Source: Phoronis australis (taxonomy: Eukaryota > Animalia > Phoronida). From it: 64,000 nucleotides of DNA. The stretch spans positions 709,150 to 773,149 of the forward strand of contig NMRA01000059.1 of the NCBI GenBank assembly GCA_002633005.1. Reading direction: 5' to 3'. Every line of letters begins with the position of its first letter. The stretch's first letter is position 1. The notes beneath the pieces are model-generated. The model did not search any database. It was not told where the DNA came from and was given only the letters and a program-made list of their open reading frames with translations. The position numbers were made by a program, and so were the translations under genes. Below are positions 56,001 to 64,000 of this stretch, one piece after another.

Positions 56001-59000
56001 GAAAACCCATAGGCGGATTTAGCCCCCCCCCCCTTTGCTGCCGCAAAAAAAATAAAACAGCAAGAGCGTAGGGAAATGTTGAGTCTATTAGTTAACCCCG
56101 GTAATTAAAATCATACGGCTGAAAATATTTAAATGTGTGCAGTTTTAGTGTTGGGGGGAGGCTCAGATCCAATTTCAAGTGTCAAATTCGGAATACGGCG
56201 CAGTCCTAACGGAACTATGGCTAAGTATAGTCTCTCCCGCGATATCCCAGGCGACCGGCAGTGGCGCTAGGCACTACGACTCCGTTTCCGTCGTCTGCTC
56301 CACTGTGCAATGAAGAAAATTACTTCATATTTTAAAGGAAATGGAATCTGAGTGATGATGAAAAAACAGAAGCTGCTGGTAAGACGTGAATTTTAATCGA
56401 AGCCTAAGTGAATCACTCAGAAACTCATAATTCTCTCTTTGTCAAACCTTAACTTAAGACGGTTTCCAAAATAATCGCGTCATTATTGCCAACACAAAAA
56501 AAACGGATTTGGTCTTTTGGGCAATTGAAGACTATTCTAAATACAATAAATTTGTTACGACACTGATTGCACAAAATATAAAACATGTAATAAGCATTAC
56601 AAAAAGAAGGAGGTTTCGCGCGCAAACGCTGTGGACCATAAACAAGTAGGTAGTCTGTTAGTATCAAATTTGATGGTAAAGCGTGGTGGTGCAGTGGTAA
56701 AGCACGCGCGATCTATCCGCCATGTTGTGAGTTCGAGTCTGTGGTGTTTGCAGTTTTGCCTGTTTGACACTTTCTCCGTGTTTTCTTGCCTTTTTTCTTG
56801 GATAATACTTCGGGAATCAAAGAAAATACTTGATTTTTAGAGGAAAAACAGAAAACTTTCCTGGGCGGGAGGAGGGCAACCCCTCCTCCCGACCTCTCCC
56901 CATTCGCTGTTCTGCGCAGCAACAATTATGCTTTGAGTAAATGCTTACAGACAAAATTGTTCGTCCCCCCTTGTGACATCCTAGATCCGCCACTGAAACC
57001 CTTGTTGTTCTTACACCGAATTAGGCTTTCGGCAAGTTTACTTTAGACGCAGGTTGAAGTTGCATGAACTCACCATGATTAAGCGGTCTCAACCGAATCC
57101 AGGCTGGGACACCATCTTGAAGGCCTATCTGCTCTGTTACAATATTGGTATTCTCTTTCTCGATATGCTCAAACTCGTAATACGGTCTCAACTTGACGTC
57201 GTATTTTGTCAAACCAAGGCCAAAGTCGACTCGTGCAATGCCAGACAGCGAATCGGACACATTGTAAAAACAAAGGAGGAAATCGAAATCTTCGTCGTAA
57301 GTGAATGGACCAATGGAGTGAATGTCAGGAGGTGTTGTGTCTATAGTTAACGGAGCCGAGTGGCAGACCGTGGTAACCAAGGCACCGCCGTAGATAACGT
57401 TGTTCAACGCCTGAACACTGGTATACACTGGTCCATCTTTCAGTAGGAGTCCATCGACAAGGCCGTTATGCGTCCAGAATTCTGCTCCAGCAAGATGTGC
57501 GTGGGGGTCGTCATAAGGGTCGATGTCGGTTCCACATGGCGCTGACCCAACTGCCCAAGTATAGCCATATATATCGGTTTCGTTGTCTCTAAAACCGTCC
57601 CAGTTTGCTGAAAATAAAGACGTGTTCCTTATCGAGAAAATGAGGCTTTTGGGTAATTAATGGCATTAACTTCAACTAGCCCACTGAAATATTTGAGACC
57701 CTGCCTTTGATGGCTCATCCAACACAGTAAAAAGAGCTTACCGCATTGCCACACATTTAGACCCTTAATGTCTTTTAAATAATTCGCATATTGGCGCACG
57801 TTTAGCATATAAGTACATTTTTGCACAGACTCTCCAGGGTCTGATGGCTCGGTAATGCGCTATAACATTCAAACATGACACTAGTTGGTTTTTCGCATAT
57901 AATCACCACCACAGCAACCACCATCATCGTAAGTATGGGACAATGGCTTTTCTTTTGAAGTCATTGATACTAGTATCCTTTAATTAAAATTCTCAGTAAA
58001 TGACCACTTGACTGAGAAGAGACGACGGATCTTTTCCCGAGGTGGTGATTCTTCATAACTCATCAATGACGCACTGAGACGAACAAACTGTTTTGATATG
58101 TTTTAAATGAGAATGCCACCCAAAAAACAACCTATTTTGTATCAGTTTAGATCTAGTAGTTCCACTCGATAACAGCAAGTACAGCTCCTTTACCTGACAC
58201 CCGGCGGCAGACGGAGGTATTGAAATTAACCAATGGCGTCAGAAGTTCGAACGCAGTCTGTTCAGCAGTTCACAACACGCTAACTGGTGTGAGTTTATAG
58301 CCTGAATTCATCGTTTTACACCAATTAATTGTCAAAATTTGATGTAAAACCCTCAAATTCATATTGAGTTATTGAACAAAAGTGCTGTTTTACATGTATT
58401 TCGCTGTTACGGATTACAGGTATTTGAACGTACCTTTGCCTACAAAGTTCGGTAAGCTAATTTACCAAGATCGGTCGCGGGAGTTTGGGGTCTGTTCGGT
58501 GACAAATTCGAATTATTCGTCCGTGAAATACAGACAGGAGAACATATCTGTGTGTTGTAATTTTAGACTTGAGATTTTTTATAGTTTTAAACACACAAAA
58601 CGCTTGTTATCCCGGCCAGTGGTTCGGAATCCGATCAAGCCCGTCGCGGCCGGACTGAGGACATCACAAACGTATACCAGCCAAAGTTGGAAACTAAACT
58701 TCCAGTTACGAAAAGACTATACTTGTGAGTCAAAAAAATAATGTGCACGTGATTGTTTTGGTGAATTAGCCGCGAAACTGCAAATCTTCATACTAGATCG
58801 TTGGGGCCGGGTTACGAAGTCGGTTTACCCTTCTATAGAACCGTCGGACAGAAGTTGTGCAGTCACAATGGTTCGAATAATGTATATGAATAGCGAAATA
58901 CAGATTCCCCTAACAACTGAACTTAAGATATAAAATTGAGTTACTGTTTCACAACTGCTTTCTGTCACCAAACACTGAATTAGCAAGCGCTCGCACGGCC

Positions 59001-62000
59001 TCGGTGCCCGCTCAATTAGTTTATTGCATCTAACGCCGCTAACGCAGTAATTTATTCATTGCTGGCTTCTCAAAACATTTGCACTCACGACCACTCCAAG
59101 GATTACAAATTTTATCAAATGAGACAGAATTTGTTTCAGTTTTATTATAAACACTGGTCAGGATGAGGATAATTCATTTTGAAAGAGAACGCATAATGAT
59201 AAACGTCAGCGAGGCAACTCGCAATCCCGACTTTGATGATTGCTCATCGGACGAAGACTTCACAGTTCGATCGTTAAGTTTCACAGGCTATCAGTTCAAA
59301 CGGGAATACACTGATACTAGACAGGCGCCGTGAATGTGCACAAACACGGAACATATGGCTAGTTTCGAAAACCGTTTGGATGACTTGTCATGGTGCCAGT
59401 GCGCTAACTGCACGATAATAGAAACGACTGACGCTTGTGTTTGCTGCCACAAAATTTTGCAAATGAAACGCCTTATTGGAGAAGCGCAGATGTGTCTCAC
59501 GTATCATCTTGATTTTGCACCTCATCTGAACACAGGTGTGCTTACGACGTTCTATAGGGCTGGGGAAAAAGAACTGGCTAAAACATCCTACACCCAGAGG
59601 TTCAAACAGAAGTCTGACGAACGAGTCAGCCATTAAACAGGTTATTTAAAACGTTATGTTCTAATGCTTTGAATTAATTGTAATTATTTACGTTTTCATG
59701 GCCAATTACAATTCTCCATAATTAAAAAACTGATCGTCTGAACCGCCACAGACAAAGAGAAATTTCACGGTCTTATACTTGGTATTAACGGCGTACTTTT
59801 CTTTCCCCACTACCTCGAGCCACCTCCCGAAGCATTGTGGGCTCTCGAGAAAACCGAAAAAACAATATACCTCGCAGCTTCATAGTTCGCGCATTTGGGA
59901 ACGAAACACCACACCATAACGGCACTCACTCTGCAGAAGAACCACTGACGTCGCCGCGTCGTTTCTCACCTTCCTCATTGGTTAACGCGACACCTTTCGG
60001 CGAGGTAAGATCGACCGTATACGAGGTGATGTGGATGTAGACCAATTAAGACGATAAAAAAGACTAATTAAACCGGGTGGCATTCTCCTTAACTATCAAA
60101 CAAAGTATCGGTCAATTACAAACTGATGCAAAGCGGTTGTTTCCTTAAAAAAAACAGTTTCATCCACTGACTACCCTAGATTAGTGTTTGTTTTTGCTAT
60201 ACTTACACCACTCAAGGTCCAAGTGAGACAAAGTGGTTGTTTCTAGTATACTTGTACTGACAAAAAAGTTTCAGCCATTGGCTAACTGAGACTCAGTGGT
60301 TAAAACGAGTTCGAGTGGGGATCTGCGGCCCATCACACGTCCACTCGACACATCCTGGGCCCAGTGCAAGAAATACTTGACCGCGGAAATTCACGAGTCC
60401 TCTGCTATCAAAGAAAGTCTCATTCACTGAGTAATAGAAACGAAGTGATCGATTCTGACATACATTCATCGTCACTGATACAGTAAATCGGTTGTATTTA
60501 TCAAAGAAGAGTTCATTCAATGACTACTTGAGACAAACTGGTTGTTTCTAGTATACTTAAACTATCGAGTGAAGTTTCACTCAGTAGTTATGCAGAACCC
60601 TTGAAAAATCTCCAAATTGGGCCGACGTCGGAACCTCAAATCTCAGATACTGGAGATTGGATCCATACAAAACTTTCAGATACCATGCTTTACACAGTTC
60701 ACCAAAACAACATTTTAAGGATTTCTAAATTGCTCCACTTTTGTAAGGGATGCTGTCAAACAGTGGCCGCACTTGTGATTTTCACGAACAAACTCATAAA
60801 TTGCATTAAACGAAAACGAAATGAAAATTTAGAAAAATATAATGGCGTTTTTTGACATTTTTTCTTAAGCATTTATATGAAACAAAATGGGGTCAGGTTA
60901 TTGAACCTGTTGTTTTGTAATCAATATATGTTTCTTTTTTCTAAATTCAATTAAAAAGAAAGGAACAAGTCACCCAATTGGTAATAACATTACACGTGCT
61001 TTTTACTTTCAGAAAAAATGATACTTTTACTGAGCTTAAATCTATAGTTTAGATGTTTGTCTAAATACCGATTTTAGATATAGTCCTACCTGAGACATAG
61101 TGGTTATTCCGGGTATACTTTTCGTCTAACAGGTGGATGTGTCCATTGAAAATTGTTTTAGATCCCTCGCCGTCTATGATTTTTCTGCAACATGCAAAAT
61201 GTTTCAAGGTCAAAGATTATGTTCACGAATCATCTCTCACAACAAATCTAATCCAAAAGCTGATTAAGTACTGCAGCAGAAATTTTGTCTCGTAACGCGC
61301 ATAGGCCGCCCGTTTACTTACTCATCCGACACCGGGGAGAATCGCACCAGGGTCGCGGTAGTGCCAGGCTAAGACCTCACCTTAACCACTGCACCACAGG
61401 TTTACAACAAATTACAAAAGAAAAAGAGTGAACGTTACGTAGACACATTTTAAAATACAGGGCAACAATACCTGTGATTCGCTTGATTTGTAACGTCCAC
61501 ACATCTGTGAACTTGCGTTACAGCTGCAGAGCAACCATCGGCCACTAAGGTGTCCAGCGAGGCATTGGAAATTGGTCCAGGTTCCGGAGGCGTGAAATCG
61601 ACAATGGTGCCCTTTGAAGCCATGTAGCCTATGTACTCCAGAGAGTTTGTAACTCTTACATTTGAAAAATAAACATCGCCATGTTTGAGTGAGTCGGCAT
61701 CGAAATTAATCACAGTAGCGCTTCCCGTCAGTCGCTCGTAGTTATGGAAAGCTCCGCTTTCTCTTAGCTGAGCTACGTTGCCTTCGATGACGGAGTGAAG
61801 AAGACAAGTCTGGGATGTGGTGTCGTAGTCAAACGAAATACAAATGGAGCCCTGTGCAATGCAGGCGGTGGCACAATGTACATCTGTAAACGTCGACATG
61901 GTTTTTATGGGATTGACTGTGAGTTTACCCCTGCGTGGATGAGAGAAGTGTTTGAGATCGCTTGAGATACCGGGATTGACGGTGGCCTGCTTCGTTGAAA

Positions 62001-62668
62001 AGACAGTCCAATCAACGATAGAGTTTCCCAATTCGGCAACACCCACCCCGAGTGCTTGAACGGTTTCTGTTATCGGTGAATCTTCTCTCAGGACTGCGGT
62101 CGCGGCCATCTTTCGAGGATGGCTGGACACAGGGTAGAATGCGGTAATTCTACCGTCAGGGAGCGTCGTGTCATAAGTGTTAAGGCTGCACTGAGCTGTT
62201 GCCGACAACCCCTGTGAGTTCGTTATCTTCACTGTCCAATACAGAGGTATGCCATTTGTTAACACAATTGGAACCATAATAGACGGACCGCCCATGTCGT
62301 CCCAATCTTTGACATCATTCCCGCCCTTGAATGAGCCCACGGCATATCGCCGGTGTACCTCACTGACCTCATCACTGGCTTCAACCTCCAACTGAAACGC
62401 AGGTTCGTCAGGTGCACGACCAACAACTTGCTCTACAAAGCAGCCCTGTCCTGTCGCCCTTCGTCTTTTCCCCGTTATCGGAGAGCCTGTTGAGGGGGGT
62501 GAATTGTCTTTTTCCACCAAAGGCTTGTCGAGAATCGTTTTCACTATAGATGGTGCGGTGTATTGCCAAATCAAGAAAGACATCTTCTTAGTGTAGAATA
62601 GCAATTCAATTTCCAAGAATGCTCGTAGTTCCAACCTGATGGGCACTAACACCAACTGAATAAGGATC
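28499..62668 (-). CDS. Giant multi-exon, probably secreted modular protein (PAN/Apple + DxTPP FN3/Ig-like repeat arrays + GH16-like domain + poly-Asp C-terminus); 5'-partial
   Basis: 16 exons with GT-AG boundaries and matching phases: 62668-61472, 61184-61090, 57607-57074, 55571-55391, 54087-53903, 53042-52354, 47617-46179, 44519-41164, 39519-39399, 38901-38738, 37403-37272, 34962-34815, 34474-34320, 32743-32643, 29381-29211, 29026-28499. They sum to 9196 nt (1+3x3065), giving an open frame of about 3,060 aa. Recurrent motifs are DxTPP, F.DpESGI..Y, vG...G..Dv and L..g..YyvtV.A.N.aG. Confidence 0.85.
28784..28870 (-). repeat. Compound trinucleotide microsatellite (GAC)10(GAT)19 encoding poly-Asp
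   Basis: Read directly: atc x19 followed by gtc x10 on the + strand. Confidence 0.95.
29211..29381 (-). CDS. Giant gene exon with RRRRR furin-type site
   Basis: ctgcag acceptor, GAG|gtaaat donor; translates as ICSTRTKK...QRRRRRATDED...KISE. Confidence 0.8.
30110..30500. mobile_element. Harbinger/PIF-like MITE
   Basis: About 50-bp imperfect TIRs (CAAATAGGGATTCAACTAAG / CTTAGTTGAGTCCCTATTTG) and a CAG 3-bp TSD. Confidence 0.6.
32643..32743 (-). CDS. Giant gene exon (GANMWREACESC...VLKVK)
   Basis: actcag acceptor, AAG|gtgagt donor. Confidence 0.8.
33729..33920. repeat. 64-bp tandem repeat, 3 copies
   Basis: Unit starts at 33729, 33793 and 33857. Confidence 0.95.
34320..34474 (-). CDS. Giant gene exon (FVDYAADSSFFMAP...PVLIYFDP)
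   Basis: tttcag acceptor, G|gtaatt donor; phase consistent. Confidence 0.8.
34815..34962 (-). CDS. Giant gene exon (GDSPVLAGKL...QYGSAASATYTTYLQNP...LKN)
   Basis: Weaker aag acceptor, AG|gtcagt donor; phase consistent. Confidence 0.72.
35677..37014 (+). mobile_element. Non-autonomous Kolobok DNA transposon derivative with a frameshifted THAP-transposase remnant
   Basis: TTAA on both sides (35673-35676, 37015-37018); termini AGGCGAAGGCAACC / GGTTGCCTTCGCCA; about 310-bp inverted repeats. Contains THAP (MPRCCCVPGC...FPKD...W...VCGEHF...LKKGTIPS) and LELF..C..C...G...C..GH...W.SS typical of Kolobok transposases. Confidence 0.85.
35943..36700 (+). pseudogene. THAP-domain Kolobok transposase fragment
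   Basis: C2CH THAP motif split by a frameshift near 36060; a zinc-binding-like segment at 36561-36695; no DDE core. Confidence 0.8.
37272..37403 (-). CDS. Giant gene exon (RDQDTVVDL...KVKIN)
   Basis: aattag acceptor, G|gtaacg donor; phase 1 in and out. Confidence 0.7.
38008..38226. repeat. 53-bp tandem repeat, 4 copies
   Basis: Unit cagacttgtcgacaaagatctacataaatataacaaaatacatactggtacac. Confidence 0.95.
38738..38901 (-). CDS. Giant gene exon (LSVHG...LEPGQCATHTLYAVTKA...CIL)
   Basis: ttgcag acceptor, C|gtgagt donor; phase consistent. Confidence 0.78.
39399..39519 (-). CDS. Giant gene exon (EYGIETDGGTLLPPVLVGLS...QTE)
   Basis: Pyrimidine-rich tcacag acceptor, AG|gtttgt donor; bridges phase 1 to phase 2 exactly; absent from the ORF track. 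Confidence 0.75.
41164..44519 (-). CDS. Giant gene 3.36-kb exon: FN3/Ig-like repeats interrupted by a GH16-like domain and a Cys-rich segment
   Basis: Lies within the 1156-aa ORF; aatcag acceptor, G|gtaagc donor; CAPCKSDCDFTCNPAC cysteine cluster. Confidence 0.92.
45891..46009. repeat. Palindromic hairpin / small MITE
   Basis: About 46-bp arms AGATTATTACATTTTCTCAGTCATTATCCC...TCTAGAGCCCT and its reverse complement. Confidence 0.85.
46179..47617 (-). CDS. Giant gene exon with FN3/Ig-like repeats
   Basis: ttgtag acceptor, AG|gtaagt donor; contains the 461-aa ORF. Confidence 0.9.
47733..47877 (+). pseudogene. THAP-domain N-terminal fragment of a DNA transposon
   Basis: CTPRCSNS*KK, then frameshifted FTIPKDVGIRKRWVLAIRRDEGK. 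Confidence 0.65.
48207..48519. mobile_element. hAT-like MITE with 5-bp TSD (hAT5-type)
   Basis: Termini CATAGGCAGATTTAGG / CCTAGATCAGCCACTG; TSD AAAAT on both sides. Confidence 0.8.
48751..49124. other. Assembly gap (N run)
   Basis: Run of n; single-n junctions also at 8129, 14164 and 51560. Confidence 1.
50699..51053. mobile_element. TIR MITE with internal inverted subrepeats
   Basis: CAGGGATACCGTAGAATCATACGCAC / GTGCGTATGATTCTATGATACCCCTG; near-TSD CGTAG/CGTTG. Confidence 0.6.
52354..53042 (-). CDS. Giant gene exon with DxTPP/FN3-like repeats
   Basis: ttccag acceptor, TCG|gtgagt donor; contains VDITPP, FTDPESGI, VDLTPP, FSDPESGI and IDTTPP. Confidence 0.9.
53903..54087 (-). CDS. Giant gene exon (YEVFFG...YFLTVIAYNR...TSDG)
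   Basis: ctgcag acceptor, G|gtttgt donor; phase consistent. Confidence 0.85.
54852..55155. repeat. 36-bp minisatellite, about 8 copies
   Basis: Unit gtcgtgcttattacttgtcattgcttgtcattact(t/c); TTACTCTATACCAGTA flanks both sides. Confidence 0.95.
55391..55571 (-). CDS. Giant gene exon (IDRTPPTAGVVSDG...FYDKDSGI)
   Basis: atgcag acceptor, AG|gtaagt donor; repeat motif. Confidence 0.88.
56008..56995. mobile_element. Longer hAT-like non-autonomous element with 5-bp TSD
   Basis: Termini CATAGGCGGATTTAG / CCTAGATCCGCCACTG; TSD AAACC on both sides. Confidence 0.8.
56680..56745 (+). repeat. tRNA-derived SINE head
   Basis: A-box-like TGGTGCAGTGGT and B-box-like GAGTTCGAGTC; no complete cloverleaf. 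Confidence 0.5.
57074..57607 (-). CDS. Giant gene exon (ANWDGFRDNETDIYGYTWAVG...IDTTPP...RPLNH)
   Basis: tttcag acceptor, G|gtgagt donor; extends ORF 57021..57428; FN3-like repeat motifs. Confidence 0.88.
58107..60088 (+). mobile_element. Kolobok derivative carrying a KolX (P2X7 C-terminal-like Cys-rich) remnant
   Basis: Short TIR GAGAATGCCACCC (58109-58121) / GGGTGGCATTCTC (60075-60087), with TTAA at 58103-58106 and 60089-60092; internal KolX-like ORF. Confidence 0.7.
59196..59636 (+). pseudogene. KolX / P2RX7 ballast-like Cys-rich protein remnant
   Basis: Acidic N-terminus, GYQFKREYT (compare PY.FEP), in-frame TGA at 59331, then WCQCANC......CVCCHKI...CLTYHLDF...LNTGVL. Confidence 0.75.
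61090..61184 (-). CDS. Giant gene exon (RKIIDGEGSKTIFNGH...NHYVS)
   Basis: ttgcag acceptor, G|gtagg donor; phase 2 in and phase 1 out, matching both neighbours; absent from the ORF track. Confidence 0.8.
61320..61400 (-). repeat. tRNA-derived SINE head
   Basis: Minus-strand TGGTGCAGTGGTTAAG...GGTGCGATTC; related heads at about 45255-45330 (-) and 40650-40715 (+). Confidence 0.45.
61472..62668 (-). CDS. Giant gene exon with furin-like KRRR site, FN3-like repeat and PAN/Apple domain
   Basis: Lies within the 425-aa ORF; ttgcag acceptor and AG|gtattg donor. CATAC...CISFDYD....TCLLH matches the PAN/Apple cysteine pattern; GKRRRATG is also present. Confidence 0.9.
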
Positions 62669-64000
62669 CTGCAAGATAAGTAGATATACAAATGTAAGGA
62701 GAACTTTTTGCACTTTATTGACAACATGCATGCATGATAAAAGCCGTGTATTTAATGAATGTTACATTTGCTCTGCTGTTCATTACCACGGCAGGGTCTG
62801 CATTTCTACGGGCCAGTTTCGGCGAATGTGTCAAGAAAGACTGCAAGTTCTGAGCTCACCACCAGAACGTAAAAACATGTTTGTATATCAGTGGCGGGTC
62901 GTGTGTCGTTTTGATTTCATTTTCGTAAGATTCTGAAGTGAGGCTTGAGTTCCAACGTTTGCGCTATATTTGGCGCGTTAAACAAAACCAAATTTAGTGT
63001 GTCGTAGGCCTATTTGAAAATTTTTAGGATTGCGAAAAACAGTGTCCCGCTTTTAGCAGCTCTCAGAAAAAGTCAAACTCTCAGTAATGCCCCATGCTTG
63101 TGTACAGCGCATCAGAGGTTAACATCAAACAGAAATAGAACAGTTTTGCTTTGGTGTATTTGATCACAAAACACTCCATTTGGACACTAGATCAATTATT
63201 TAAATTTTGGGAACTAATTTGCCTTATTAAAGAACTTTACAAAGGGGTCCATCCAATAAAACACTGATGTGCCAACGAAATTGTGCTGCAACATTTCATC
63301 TCCATAAACTTGTCTGAGCAAATTATGCTGCACGACGCTTTTTAATGTAACCTTCTTTATAGACGGTTTAAAAGAACGAGAAATGTTAAACTTACCCAAC
63401 GTCTATTGGGAACTTGCTGAATTTTACTTTCCCAGTGATCGGGAACTGCGTCTCCAACAAGTAGCCAATGACTTCGACACCAGCGCTTGCGATACCTATG
63501 CTGATACTTGCAGATCCCCATGCCTTAACACCGGCAAACGGTGTCGTAGTTACCTAGAACATCGACATTAAGATAAGCATTTTGCTTCTGTGCGTGAAAA
63601 AAATAACACCGCGTTCGCATGCCGCCCTATCAAAAAGCAGTTTGGACTTTTGATCGTCAGTTTAAAAAAAAAAAACATTGTGAACATTCGATAGATAACT
63701 CAGTGACCTGCTTCTTTGTCGTCCGCCCAATACAACCTGGTCGCACATGACTGGTCAGAATATTAGCATTTTACACGTTGAATGTTATGCTAATTACTCG
63801 TTACACGGCAGATTGGGCGCCTCGTTCGGAAAAAGAGTGTGTTTTCGTAACGTCAAATTTTAGGCTTTGAAAATACCCGAGATGTTCCGGATGAGGACGC
63901 TTTTGTGAACGCTCATTTTAGATGTCTCATTTGCCCCATGCAGTGTATATCTGTACATCCTATCTCCCCTGTTAAAGAAAACCACTCCTGTACGCAGACT

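Noticed and set aside
40650-61400. tRNA genes at about 40650, 45255, 56680 and 61320
   Set aside because: Only A/B-box-like motifs are present, with no complete cloverleaf; treated as SINE heads.

Overview
Eukaryotic, AT-rich, intron-rich genomic DNA from a draft assembly (one 374-nt N gap and three single-n junctions), most likely an invertebrate animal. It is not prokaryotic: there are no operons, rRNA genes or CRISPR arrays. Splice sites were read by hand and checked for phase. (1) The 3' part of a giant minus-strand gene (62668 to 28499) has 16 phase-consistent GT-AG exons encoding about 3,060 aa, with the 5' end outside the window. It contains a PAN/Apple domain, long arrays of DxTPP/FN3-Ig-like repeats, what looks like a catalytically dead GH16 (beta-glucanase-fold) domain, two furin-type sites, and a terminal exon with a 29-residue poly-Asp run followed by a basic Pro/Arg/Lys tail. 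(2) A tandem pair of two-exon minus-strand genes encodes stand-alone condensation-domain/alcohol-acetyltransferase-like acyltransferases (WMHGITDG), with a near-identical tract over the active site. (3) Two 3' exons of an SLC16/MCT-like MFS transporter lie on the + strand, preceded by a decayed acidic 33-bp-repeat ORF. (4) There are many transposon relics: two Kolobok derivatives with TTAA TSDs (one THAP-transposase foldback, one KolX/P2X7-ballast-like), a family of hAT-like MITEs with 5-bp TSDs, a Harbinger-like MITE, a LINE RT relic, tRNA-derived SINE heads, hairpins and minisatellites. All domain calls come from motif recognition by eye; no searches were run.
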